A DNA stretch of 64,000 nt from Oculina patagonica. Taxonomy: Eukaryota. The DNA lies in assembly GCF_052425735.1 (NCBI RefSeq), contig NC_135768.1:3224001-3288000 (forward strand). Reading direction: 5' to 3'. The position numbers and the translations under genes are program-made. The notes below the pieces were generated by a model. The model made no database searches. It saw nothing but the letters and a program-made list of their open reading frames with translations, and was not told the DNA's origin. Below are positions 50,518-63,045 of this stretch, piece after piece. Every line of letters starts with the position of its first letter. The first letter of the stretch is position 1.

Positions 50518-51186
50518 TAGTCCAGTCCCTGAACTCTCTCTTCCGCGCGCCCTTTATAGGGGTCGAACCCAGGCGCGAAATTTACGACCAATTCACCACT
50601 GATGAAGGGCTAAGCCCGAAACGTTTGGTTTATAATGAACTTTTTGGCACTTACAATACACTTTTTTTCGCGCGAAGAGAGAGTCCAGGATAACTTGCAT
50701 GCGCATGCGCCAGCTTTTTCCCCCAAAATTGGGGGAAAAACCATATTTGGCAGCCTTTTTGAAAACGCGCGCGCACAGATGACGAGCTCAACTACGCGAC
50801 CGTGTACTAAAGCAGGTTCACCGCAATAACTTAAAAAAACCTAGCTTTGCAGTCAGTGTCTGCTAAAAGCTAACGGCCAAAACAAAAATCGCTATCCGTC
50901 AACTATTCCTAGTATTTTATAGCTGTTATTGAATTGATTTTGGATGCAATCGAGCACAGCTTTTTTCTTGCATTTATTCGCGCGCTTGGTCGCGTAGTTG
51001 AATTCGTCATTTGAACGAGCATTTTTAACCTAGCGCGCGCGTCTCAAGCAAGTGACGCCACACTCCTCACTTTTGATTGGTTCGTTCTGAGCATGCGCAT
51101 GTAAGTTATCCTGGACTCTCTCTTCGCGCTCCGGGATTCAACCCCTATAAAGGGCGCGCGAAAGAGAGAGTTCAGGGACTGGACTA
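50518..51186. mobile_element. Long-TIR MITE with 9-bp TSD (Mutator-like)
   Basis: gtgcagttt|tagtccagtccctgaactc ... gagttcagggactggacta|gtgcagttt. Confidence 0.85.
50595..50629 (+). ncRNA. Minimal type I hammerhead ribozyme motif in a 90-nt insertion (50580-50669)
   Basis: acca-CTGATGA-a-gggc-taa-gccc-GAAA-cg-TT-tggt. Insertion flanked by a gcgcgaa duplication inside the MITE left TIR. Confidence 0.75.
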
Positions 51187-52002
51187 GTGCAGTTTATGAT
51201 CTTCAATATTAGAACACTTATAGCTGCATCCAATAATAAAGTTATTTGATATTTCACAGAATTTTGTGTACAAAATAACGAAATTACAAAAAATATAACG
51301 TCTTCTTCAACGAGCAGTCAATTTTTATTTCCACATTCTTTATTTATTTCTATTTTTTGGGTGGGACGTCATGCTTTCATCTTCAGACGTAAACTGTCCA
51401 CAGCCCTCTATTTTTCGTCTTTTTTCGATGAGCGCGCGGTGAGAACGGCGAGAGAACTGGACGCCAGCGCAAAACGGAAGACGCAAGGGGGTGGGGGCTG
51501 GTTCAGGGCGAGAATGACGCGATAATAAATCAGTCATCAAAAAAATAAACAAAACAAGTGATTCTGAATCATAATCAGAATATGAGGAGAACAGCTATGA
51601 TGATTTTATTGGTCGTTTCCGATAAAAAAGTTAAGCAATATCAATTGTTGAATTAACACAAAGCACTGTACGTATTCTTCATATTAAAGACCAAAACATT
51701 GGGGAACATAAGTGGGGTGGGGCGGGGGGTGTCTTGTTTCTGAACGAGGGGTAGGGTGATAGTAAACTTTTCTTCTGTAGGGGGGAAGGGGTAAAAATCT
51801 TATTTTTTTGCTATCTCTATCCTTCTCGTCCCCGTTTCTCTTGAAAAGAGCTTCTTTTTGAAGAGTTCGTTTGTAAAAAACTAATTAGTTTTTTTTTTTC
51901 TTAATTAGAGTTTTGAAGAGATTGTTATTATGAACCAGTTCATTCTTAGTGAAAAAGCTGTACCTTTTTATTTCTTTCATTTCTTCACAATTACACTGTA
52001 GT

Positions 52003-52497
52003 ATAGTGTAGCAGCTATCGTAAGCTTGTACTTCTACTGGTCCTCTAGTGTAGCAATTGCTATTGCTTTGGGGGACTAGGGACATGGGGGGGTTCCTGTT
52101 GTTATGGGGGTGTTCTAGAGCGGTTTTCACTTGAGTGTCGAAAGTTAATTGCGTTTGCTTTGTTTTTGCATTGCTACGCTTAGTGATTGGCCTCAAAATC
52201 TCGCGCCACTTTCTCAGCCAATCAGAACTAAAACCAAAACCAATCGTGACTCGCTCGCGCACGTTTTCCCGCGCTTCGTGCCGGCTACATGTATTTGCTT
52301 TGAGTTTTGATTGGTTCACTGGATTGTCTGTGTCCTTTGTGATTGGCCAGAGTAATTACTTTGGTTTTGGTTTTACGACACTCAATTGAAAACTGCTCTA
52401 GTGTAGCAGCTCTCGTAAGCTTGTAATTCTACTGGTCCTCTAGTGTAGCAGTTACTATTGTTTTGGGTGGGGGGACTAGGGACATGGTTCCTGTTGT
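52003..52497. repeat. Two-copy ~105-bp tandem duplication separated by MITE copy 3
   Basis: tagtgtagcagct..cgtaagcttgta.ttctactggtcctctagtgtagca..ggggactagggacatgg occurs twice. Confidence 0.7.
52118..52398. mobile_element. 281-bp CCAAT-rich MITE, copy 3
   Basis: Near-identical to 23740-24020. Confidence 0.85.
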
Positions 52498-52807
52498 TTG
52501 TTCTATTGTTTTCTCGAAGGGTAGCGAGCCATTCATGTGAGACCTTGCTAGAGCTGCTACCCGATCCAGTTTGTCCAGCGTCAATATTTTCCGGGTGAGG
52601 GTAGTCCTGAAAAAGGCTGAAGTGGGCGACCCACGATTCGCTTGACTAAGATAACATTTCAAAAGGAGACAATATTTCTCTTCTGAAAGTAAAGAAAACA
52701 CCAAACGATAACGAAAGGGATTGGAATACAAAATCTATGGCGTAATTTACAGTGAAAGAACGTCAGAATGCAAGATGGCGACTGTTTATTGTACTACGTT
52801 TTCAGGC

Positions 52808-55800
52808 TCATTGTTGTTGGCCCAGTCCTCCCGGTCCACTGAATGAAGGGCAAAATGGACGACCGCTGGCTGGTTTTAGATTCTCCCAGTAGGCTCGATT
52901 AGCTCTAAAAAAGGAAATCAAACAAGTGTTACAGTTAACAAGGCAAGCAATAAACGGTTTAAAGTATTTGTTATTTGCAGAAAAGCGAATGAATGACTTC
53001 TTATTGTGAACAAACCTCTGAAATTGAAGCAGTTTTGACTAAGTATCGGCTGCTACCCTCGGTGGAACAGTGTTCACTATTCATGCATAAAACTATTTGA
53101 AATCTGCTATTTTTCCAAGCAATGATTAAACAGCAACTTTATTCTAAGTTTGAAAATGTGACCAAATATGCTTTCCCCTCAATGTCGAGGAAGGAAGTTG
53201 CGACCATCTGAGTAAGCGCCTGGAACTGTTCCGTGAGATTTTTTTTTTGACGAACTTGAGAGATACTGCAAGATGATTTTTTCTTTGACCATAGTGAGTC
53301 AACTCACTGTGCTTTGACCATCAGAATGAGGGCTAACGGACCTCCCCCCAGTCTCACCTTGCTCGGACTTCAGCTACCGAGTGGTGTTTGAGTGCCTCAC
53401 CCCAGGGACTATGCTTGTCGCTCGCGGGTGGAAATCTGCCTCGCTCTGGGGCAAGCTGAAAATAAAAAAACATTTCTCGTTCTCAAAAACAAAAGCAGAT
53501 GCATGAAAGCTAGACGAGTTATTGCTGCCACTAACATGTCATGTAAGCATTGGAATTTGGTTGAAGACATTCTCGAGCCGGTTGTGTTTGTACTAAAACA
53601 ATTAGACTAATTGCCCTCTTTTTCTATGAGCGATAGTGAACTCTGATGCGCCTCATTGATTATATAATATTCGCTCATAAAAAAAACTCGGGCTCGTAGT
53701 CCAATACCGTAGAATTCCGGTTATAAGCCCTGGGCTTATACAACTTCGTAAGGGGTTTTGGATGGGCTTATAAGCGGAGGGGCTTATATCCGGGAGGGCT
53801 TATATTAAAGTGGAATAAAAAAACCGTTTCGAAACGAGCCATGGGAGTGTTGATCGAAATACGTTTTTAGGTTAAGACCACATAATAAAGCAACATTTAG
53901 CCCTGTTCAGTATCGTCATTCAGTAGAGGGGGGCTTTTATCCGGGGGGGGGGTTTATAACCGGATGTATTTTTTTGTTTTAAGGTAGATGGGCCTATAAC
54001 CGGGGGGGCTTATAAGCGGAGGGGCTTATAACCGGAATTTTACGGTATTTAATTAGCAGTTCTACCTCCTCTGCGACAGCCCGGATGTGGTATGGTTCAA
54101 AACCACAGCAGCCGCCGATATATCTGACTCCCATTTCATAGGCCCGCCGAGCGTACTTATGAACATCCCAGCGAGTTAGTGTACGAGGCTCCAGGGCTAA
54201 ACAAGCGAATAATAAATACAATATCAATAGAATGCCTGCTTCTGTCGAGGGCCTTCCCGAAGATCTTTGAAGGCGCTCCAAACACTTCAGGAAGTGCTTC
54301 GCCAAAGTACTTTCACGAGTACTTCTAATTTCTCTTCTAAAATCGGGGAATTCGGGTAAAATAAAGTCATTTATATATAGCTTTTCTTTTCTCACATTGT
54401 TTCGAGATTACATACATTTCTTAAATTTGTCAGTTAGGCGTGAGAGACTTGAGCAGACGTGAGATCCACACAGCGGTCAAACGCAGCGTGCGTGCGCAGT
54501 TCATGTGTAATTGCCGCCAAAATTTTCCATACAAAGTCATAAATTTTCCGTAAACTTTTGCTTTAAAGCCAAAAGTTAACGCCGTCCCTGGAAAGTTAAG
54601 GTCTATACGCCGCTTATGGATTGGAAATTTGATAATTCATCTCCACTGAGTGTCCCAGCTTGAACTGTTCTTTCACCGTACATTCTTTAACAATTTCTTG
54701 CAAAAGTTTGCCTACTTTCGAGTCAAAAGTTCGAGGCGGCAAAGACCGGATGTGACGTCAATTTTTGCGTTTGACCGCTGTGAACGTGAGATCGAAGTTT
54801 CGACCCGCAGGCGCCAAGAGAGGTACAGCGGAACCTCGATTTAACGAAGTGCCAAGGGACTGATGAAATTTGTTCTTTATTTCGAGGGTTCGTTATATTG
54901 AAAACCTCGATATAACGAATTTGCGGAAAAACAACCAAAATGTTCGTTATATCGAGGTATAGTGAAGAAATTATTCAACATGACACGAGCGTGGGACAAA
55001 GAAAAAATCTGAGTCCCCGACGGGAATCGAACCCATGGCCTCCCAGATACCGGTTGGGCGCTCTAACCAAATGAGCTACGAGAGACTCGTTGTGAGCTGG
55101 GCCATTTACTAGGTTGATATGTGACACGCGTCCTGCATACTGCTAGGATCAGCAATGTCGAAATCATCAAATGTGTAGTAAATAATAAAGATGGAAAATT
55201 TCAAGCTCGGTGATAAATAGTGAAGAAATTATTCAACATCACAACGAGTCTCTCGTAGCTCAGTTGGTTAGAGCGCCCAACCGGTATCTGGGAGGCCATG
55301 GGTTCGATTCCCGTCGGGGACTCAGATTTTTTCTTTGTCCCACGCTCGTGTCATGTTGAATAATTTCTTCTCTATTTATCACCGAGCTAGAAATTTTCCA
55401 TCTTTATTATTTACTATCGAGGTATAGTTAATCAATTTTTAAGAATTTTCATCCTTGTTGGTCTGTTCGGCATTCATCATCTTAAAATCGAGAAACATTT
55501 TACGTTTGGGCTTCTGGATTGTGTTCGTTATATCGAGCCCTGTTCTATACATTTTGCGGTAACTTTGGCCGGGCTGAAGAATATCGTTCGTTAAACCGAG
55601 GACTTCGTTAAAAAGAGGTTCCACTGTAGCAGGTATGGTAAGGAATTTTATCGTCTGATATTGCACGTCCAAGATTATACGCGGTTCGCGCTTCGAACAC
55701 GAACTCGAACTCCCCTTCTCCTTTCCCTTTAAACGCCAGCCACGCAGGCTAACCACAATTAGTTTTGGCCAATGAAAAAAACAGTGAATAACTACAACGG

Positions 55801-58800
55801 TTGACATTTAGCATGCAAGGGCTGGGACTTCACAGCTATCGACTTAGGGCTTCCAGTCTAGTTGTTACAGACAAATACGTCGTATGCTAAGAAGCAGTTA
55901 CTAACATAGCTGAGTACCCCCCTGGGACACCCCCCCCCCCCAGCTTAACCCGTGGGATGCGGCTGTGGGGGGAAAGGGAACTCACCGAGCGGGTTTTCTG
56001 GTAAATATTGAAATCCATAAATCCCGGTATCTGGAGTATGGTAACAAACTGGTTGTACCATCAGATGAGGTTTGAGTCCTTCTTTGTCTAACGCCTCTTT
56101 CATTAAACCAATGGTCTGTAAACTCTGATCCGGATCAAAGTTACAGTTGACACCAATGATATCAGCTCCTTTATGATAAAACAAACAAACGTCAACACAT
56201 GAGCTTGGCCTTGCCTCTTGGAACAATCAATGCCTTCTTACAACGTAACGTAAGGTAACCTGCGTTGCAAACGAACTAAACCCAGGATTTTTCTACACGT
56301 CCGGCTGCAACGCAGTCAAAACGTAAGGCAATGTGGCCTCATTTTGCGTCATGTGACGTAACGAAACGTGTTTTCGTTTCTAGTTCCGATTGGATCGTTA
56401 TTGCATTAGAGCGGTTTTCACTTGAGTGTCGAAAGTAAATTGCGTTTGCTTTGGTTTTGCATTACTACGCTTAGTGATTGGCTTAAAAATCTCGCGCCAA
56501 TTTCTTAGCCAATCAGAACTAAAACCAAAACCAATCGTGACTCGCTCGCGCACGTTTTCCCGCGCTTCGTGCCAGCTACATGTATTTGCTTCGAGTTTTG
56601 ATTGGTTCACTGGATTGTCTGTGTCCTCTGTGATTGGCCGGAGTAATTACTTTGGTTTTGGTTTTACGACACTCAATTGAAAACTGCTCTATATGTGTTA
56701 AAATGTATCTATACTAGGGATAGTGTACACTAAATCTGCCCCCGCTGTTAATCCGTTTGTTTTTTCAGCTCAGCCGTTACGTAAGTCAATTCTTTCGCTT
56801 GATATTTTGGCTCTTCTGTTTGTTAAATTGATTGAAAATCAATTGGCCTAACTGCATGCGCAGAATACCCTGCCACTCCGTCCACACCTCAGTCACCAAA
56901 ATATCACATGGTTTTTGGCTTTCTCTTCTTGCGATTCATGTGATTTAAATCAAACCTTCAGGATGAACTGTTGAAGCCAAGTGAATACGCAAAACAAAGG
57001 AAATTAGGCAAAAATTCAGAAAGATAAATGATCACGTAAATTTAATTACAAGAACGCCACTGTAACCGCGTTACAACAATTTGCCGTGTTTTGCTGTATT
57101 GAGGGATCTCAGTGAAGATAAACTTTAGCAACACCAAATTGTTTTTAAAACTAGTATTTAAGCCCAACTGTTTTACAGCGCGACGCGTCATACCGTGGCC
57201 ACCCAACAAACCTTTTTTTATGTATACAAGTGTTTTATCATGATATCCGCGACTATATGTTTGACGAACACGCCGCCTTGCAAAGTTGAATACGATCAAA
57301 TGGATACTTGTTACATCGTATTTATTAACAAAACGCAGTGAAAACGTAAAATATTACCAGATGACACTTGTAAAAAACTTTGTTGGGTGGCCACGGTAAG
57401 GCGCGTCGTACTGTAAAATGTACACCTAATTGCAAAAAGGTTGTCATAGAAAAAGGAAAAAAGAAAAAGTCAAATAGGAATAAATTAAGCGCATGCATGA
57501 AATTTATTCGGACAAATGGCCTCAAAATGCCTCAAAATACGAATAAATCAATTTATCTTGTTACAGCAAAACATTTTGGACTAAAAGTGTGCGATAAAAA
57601 CTCGCAATTTTTCTGTAATTGCAATAAGTCATGAAACTACGCTAATTAATTCCTATTTACCTTTTTTCTTTTTTCTATTTTTCTATGACAACGTTATTGC
57701 AATTAGGTGTATCTATATTATAGCTATCAGGGTCACAAGCAGATCGCCCGGCCAAGAGTGTACTACGTTTCGCTCCGTTTTCATAATAACGGTTGGGAGA
57801 AATTGGCCTATTCACGCTCACAAATGCTGATAGGGTTAAACAAAACAGTATATAAACACTTGAAAAATCTCGTTCCCAAGGCTTTTCCCTTAGTAATCTG
57901 GCCTGGGAACGAAACTGACACTATTTTATTGATTTTCATGGACTCGGCATCGTTCTAAAAGCACTCACAATTTTTTTAGAATATAAGTATAAAATCCAAA
58001 ATCCGCCATGCAGAAACGCTGCTACGTCACATGTAACCCAGCCCTCTCATTAGAATAAGGTGCGTCTGTCTCCCGAATTGTTTCATGATCTGCTTCCACT
58101 TTAAGTAAGCTACAACGAAATGCCTCACAGTACCTGCCCTTGCTAGTCTCACGGCACATTCTCCAGGTGGCACACCTTTCTTATCACCCTGTGGCCCAAT
58201 ACACATTGTAACAGCTGTTGGTTTGCCTGTGGACTTCAACACTTCCGCTACCCATTCAGCTTCCTCTACGTGTGCAAAGAACTGAGGGGAGAGGAGAGAG
58301 TGAGTGCCTGAGAAATTTAATTTTTATGGGGGTAGGGGTAAGTATAGCAAAGTGTCCGTGGTGTCTTCAGCAGACAAGGTAATCGTAATCGAACAAAAAT
58401 AATTGCTTTGAAAGAACAGAGAAAATTCACAGGACTCTCAACTGTTAGAGTTAGCAAGGACACAGGAATGACGTATACAAAAAAACTTTCTTCCGCTCTC
58501 ATTGTTTGTCACTTTCTTGGCAATCAGATCAGTGTGAACAATTACTTAGTTTTTTGAAGCATTAATTCCTCCGTAATAAAATATGAACCAAAAAGCAGAT
58601 TCCAAAACTGAAATAGGACTCAACTCACCTCAGCAATAATCAAATCAACATTATTCTGGAGGAAAATCTCAATTTGTTCTCTAAACTTTTTCGTCACAGC
58701 GTCTTTTCCAGCACCTTGTAAATACAGGGAAGCAGTCTGACAGATGGATCCAGCAAAATACACCCCTCCCTCCTGAGCCACGCCCTTTGCAAGGTCACAT

Positions 58801-58823
58801 GCCGCCTGGTTTATTTTTACGGT
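52808..58823 (-). CDS. BHMT: BHMT-like protein B, 3' six exons: 58823-58629, 58281-58134, 56168-55986, 54196-54066, 53455-53358, 52904-52808. 5' exons not found in the window
   Basis: Exon sizes 195/148/183/131/98 identical to copy [47 protein letters not shown]. No stops or frameshifts. Confidence 0.88.
53707..54045. mobile_element. Tc1-like MITE (ccgta..tacgg ends, ggggcttata repeats)
   Basis: ta|ccgtagaattccggttataagccc ... gggcttataaccggaattttacgg|ta. Confidence 0.75.
54826..55626. mobile_element. Tc1-like MITE hosting a nested tRNA-cored element
   Basis: ta|cagcggaacctc ... gaggttccactg|ta. Confidence 0.75.
54964..55414. mobile_element. Inverted-dimer retroelement with two tRNA-like modules (55013-55090 minus, 55246-55323 plus)
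   Basis: 14-bp duplication tatcgaggtatagt on the flanks; two near-perfect inverted copies. A degraded relative lies at ~7365-7495. Confidence 0.75.
56409..56689. mobile_element. 281-bp CCAAT-rich MITE, copy 4
   Basis: Near-identical to 23740-24020. Confidence 0.85.
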
Positions 58824-60761
58824 CTGAAAGAGAGTTCTGTCGGCATTGATCTCAAATAAAAGTCACTAAATAACCATTAACACTTGAAAAATATAAAACG
58901 TAACAAACGAAAAAGCCAAAACCATGTGTTATAACATCATAAAATTAATGGAAAAAGCATTTACAGGGAAATAGCAAGCGGCTTGATTTCGAAAAAGCAC
59001 CCCTTTTGTGTACATGTACCCTTTATTGGAAAAAGATACCCCTTTCATATAACTATACCACATGACATTTTACTTAAAACAGGAAATCTTTCTTGCCATT
59101 TTTATGTAGCGCTTAATAAATTAAGACAACAGAGCCATAAGGTGTGTCTTTTTAAATATCTTAATGACAGATTTCCCGTCCCTTTCATATACCTAAACTT
59201 GTAAGAGCGAAGGCACAGATTTTTGAAGCAAACCTTGTCCACGGTCAAAAATAAAACCCTCCTTTATTTTTAATTTTTAAACAGGTTTAAGTGAGTTTTT
59301 AAAGGTTTCGGGGTTTATTTTTCAAAATACCGCCGACTTTCGGAAATATTTGAGAAAATCGATTTCGCACTATTGAAGGCTAAAAATAGCCGAATTAAAT
59401 AGCAAAATTAAGCATTCGCAAAAACGTTCTCGCGTTGTTGATAGAAGTTATATCATCGAGAATTAGAAACATATACTTAAAGTTGAAGAATAAATCAATG
59501 TTTTTATGCCTGTGTTTCGGTTTTAGATTATACTTTTCACAGCGAAAGTAACGCTCTTTGATGACAATTTTATAACTGCTTTAGTAAATACAGTTTCACC
59601 TCATAATAACAAGATTACTTTTCGATATGTGGCCATTCTTTAATCGGCTTCATTTTATGGCTATAAAATGCCCAAAGACTCTTCTTTATCTACATATAAA
59701 AATTGGTTCGGGTTTTTAAGCGAGCGCGTTTTAAAACGCCATCAAAATATGGGTAATTTAACTAAAATTTGAACTAATTTGCATATCACCGTTTTGATGA
59801 CATGTTACATGTAACAGCCGCATTCGCGTAAAAGCTGCAAACTCTGGTTTTCCTTAAATTTGTGCTTAACACTAAATTAAACTTGAAATCCTTTTCTATC
59901 CCTACTGAAAGGATCACTTACCTTTTATATTGCTGCGGTAGATACAGCAAAAGCGGCGAAAGGAGCGTTTGACTTATAAACAGTAGAGACTCACAGATGC
60001 CACATTTCATTCTCTACAAAAATTTACGATCTATAATTACATTTTCTTGAATCTGAACAAGATCATATTTTACGCAGCCATGAATTTCTTTTAATATCTT
60101 CGCGTACTTACCCGAAATTAGCTGCAAGGGACTAAAAGGCCAGTGTTACGATTTGTTTGAGTATTACGTGACGATTCAGATAAAGTTGTAACGCATGACC
60201 GGCAAATGGAATTTCAAGAATGTTTTGTTGTTGACGGGTAGTTTATTATTTTTATTTCTTTTTTTGGGAGTGAAAATATCTTTAAATAGTTAGAGCTATT
60301 TATATTTTTAAATTGCTATTATTTATATTTCTTATAAGTTTTCATTTTATTTTATAACTTTTTTTAAATTAGATTTTAGGTAAACCAGGCAGGGCCCCTA
60401 CGCTAGCCGCTGAACGTGCCACCCTCGATCAAGCTACAAGCCGTATTCAGTGCAGACGCGTGTGCGGATAGCTCACTATATTGATAATAAATTAGTAAAA
60501 TAAACTAAATCTCCCCGATAAACATTGAAAATTTCACATAAAAGCCAAAAAATCCGTTGCCCACGAACACTTCTGTCGCACAAAATTTGCGCACTACAAC
60601 ACCTGTGTAAACATCCAAATTAAATTATGAAATCTAATTATAAACTTACAGAAAATATCACGAAATTTTAATTTCGGAATTGAAGTATGTTTGGTTAAGT
60701 GTCAAATTTTAAGCATACAGAATTTATAGAAAACACCTTTGCATCCATACAACAAAAACCT

Positions 60762-60940
60762 TTGTAAGAAGATAAAAAAAGCGTTCTCTGGTAAAATATT
60801 TAAAAATTATAAGCTTTCGACAGCCAGACTGCTGTCTTCGACGGATAAAAAGGAAGTAGAAGACAAAGACAGCAGTCTGGCTGTCGAAAGCTTATAATTT
60901 TTAAATATTTAACCAGAGAACGCTTTTTATCTTCTTACAA
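60762..60940. repeat. ~75-bp-arm inverted repeat containing partial hammerhead-like elements
   Basis: Arms 60762-60838 and 60866-60940, each with acagc-agtctg-gctgt-cGAAAgctt. Confidence 0.75.
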
Positions 60941-61263
60941 TGAATCCTGGTATCGGATCTTCAATATTTTTATAAAAACCTTTTTGCTGGCATTTGAGAA
61001 TGAATACAAAAAAAGTTGAAGAATGGGGCGGTGAGCAGTGGGTGGTGAGTGGATTATACTGGATCCGTGCTCGGCCTGTAAGCAAACTCTGAAAGTAGAC
61101 AATGTTTGAAAATACTTTTGAATCACTGTTTGAATTTTAAAAAATACCCTCCTTCTTTCTCATGGGCAGAGATTTTCCTTTTCAGTTCGTGCTACTGGTC
61201 AGTTGCAAGTAAGACTCACGACATGTCAGTATAATGCGTGACGCTTATGCCAAGGTAAAAGGA

Positions 61264-61265
<2 letters not shown>

Positions 61266-61299
<34 letters not shown>
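61266..61299. repeat. (GT)n microsatellite followed by poly-G
   Basis: Direct observation. Confidence 0.95.
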
Positions 61300-61301
<2 letters not shown>

Positions 61302-62246
61302 GGGGGGGGGGTGGAGGGGGGGAGCAGTACGAGTGAAATGAACATCAAGGTATTTTTATACGCGTTTCACTTTTTTCAGTGGGAAACAATGGAGGGCAGC
61401 GCTTGTTCGTTTCTCGCCATTGTTGGCGGTCGCTGCGGTTATGATTCAAAAGATAGGACAAAGTCAGTAGAAATAGTTCCTTTGCTCACCTGTCATCGAG
61501 ATATATCAGGACACAAGTCAGCCTTTTCTATTATCGGCCGGAAGTAAAAAAAAAAACAAATCAGAAGTTCGTCGAACGTTGCTTTCAAAAGCTAGGCATG
61601 CTCAGTGCAAGCAGAAGTCCGATATTTTCGGACTTCGTTTCACAACTTTCCATGGTCGCTCGTTTCCCGACCGCTTGTCAAGAGAAACGAATCCTTTGCG
61701 TACCCTTGATTTACATCACCCCTTTAGACAAATTTGTGGCCATAGTTTAAGTGTCTTGGTATTGCAGGAGAAAATAAGTATTCTCTATGCGGAATTTGTT
61801 CTTGCTGCAGCATTTGTTACCTTTTACCAATCTTTTTCGCAAATAACACTTCAATACTTATTTGTCATGTCAATACCGTTACTAGAAATCGGTTGAACGG
61901 CACATGTTTAAACAGATTTGACTGTTATGTTCTAAGTCAAAAAAAAATTCTGCAACGTCGCGTAGGTAAAAGCGTGAAACCAGCAGCTGAAATCAATTGC
62001 ATTTAATTTTCACAGGCGTTTGTTCTAACTGTCGTAAGCTTCTTGTAGATGCTGAAAACAAGGCGGCAGTTTTGCAAATGGAAAACATGTCGTTGGTAAG
62101 TGTGAACCATCTCTTGTAATGTACCACTTCAATAGCCGGGTTATAAAAAAATTGCTTCTACTTATTGCTTGAGTCACTAAAAGCTATCAAGATTAGCCTC
62201 AGGCGTTGGATATGAGATTGCGCGTAGCGCTGAGTTGGCTATAACG

Positions 62247-62280
<34 letters not shown>

Positions 62281-62452
62281 TTTTTTTAAAATTGCCCAAA
62301 GAATTGCAATATTAGAGCTCTCCAGCTGTTTCCGTTGACGCGTATCGGCTACCATATTTTGTGGTCCATGGTATTTGAGCTCATATACCATTGCCTGTTA
62401 ACTAATCAAAACTCAGGAGCTGCAATATACCATTGCTAGTTTTTAATAATAG

Positions 62453-63045
62453 GTGGTATTGAGTAGGTTTAAATTTAATTATTCGTTACAGAACACCTCT
62501 ATTGGCGTTGCACCAGTGGCTCGAAGTACGCCAGCGTCTCTGTGTTATCCTTCCAACGTCCAGACGCCAGGGGGGAGCTTGTATTGCCCTTCAGACACTA
62601 GCGTTGACGTCACACCTGATTCCCACAGCAGGGGGCCTACGCGCGAAGAGTTTACACCGCTGAACAAACTGAACGAATTCTTAGAAAGCAGGGATGTCAG
62701 TCCAGTCAGGCATACTGTTACTATTCCATGGAATGCGGAAGCTAGTGAAAGAACGCGTCGTCGCCATCTTCGCAAGGCACAACAGGCAGCTGGTGCTGTT
62801 TTAGATGAGGTAGCACCAAATCAACCAGGCGAGTTCTGGCACTCGCTTGTTCCATCGTTGAACAAGCAATTCTCAAGTGACAGCGAAAGCGAGGATGAAG
62901 ATTTGGATAACGTACTCATGAATGCCCTAACAGAGTGCTACAGTAATGCAAGCACCTGGGATACCCGACGACACATACTATCGATAATGGTAGACAAGGT
63001 CACTTTCCGAACTCTGAAAAAGTGGATCCCTGGTCTTACTCGTGT
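62453..63045 (+). pseudogene. Truncated transposase-like ORF fragment
   Basis: LNEFLESRDVSPVR..ASERTRRRHLRKA..LTECYSNASTWDTRRHILSIM..WIPGLTR resembles, from memory, the N-terminal part of invertebrate DDE transposases. It lies between the long TIRs and no catalytic domain follows. Confidence 0.5.

Noticed and set aside
52580-52650. Minus-strand fragment (ttcaggactaccctcacccgga) resembling a Penelope-derived repeat
   Set aside because: No hammerhead core or boundaries recoverable; too short to call.
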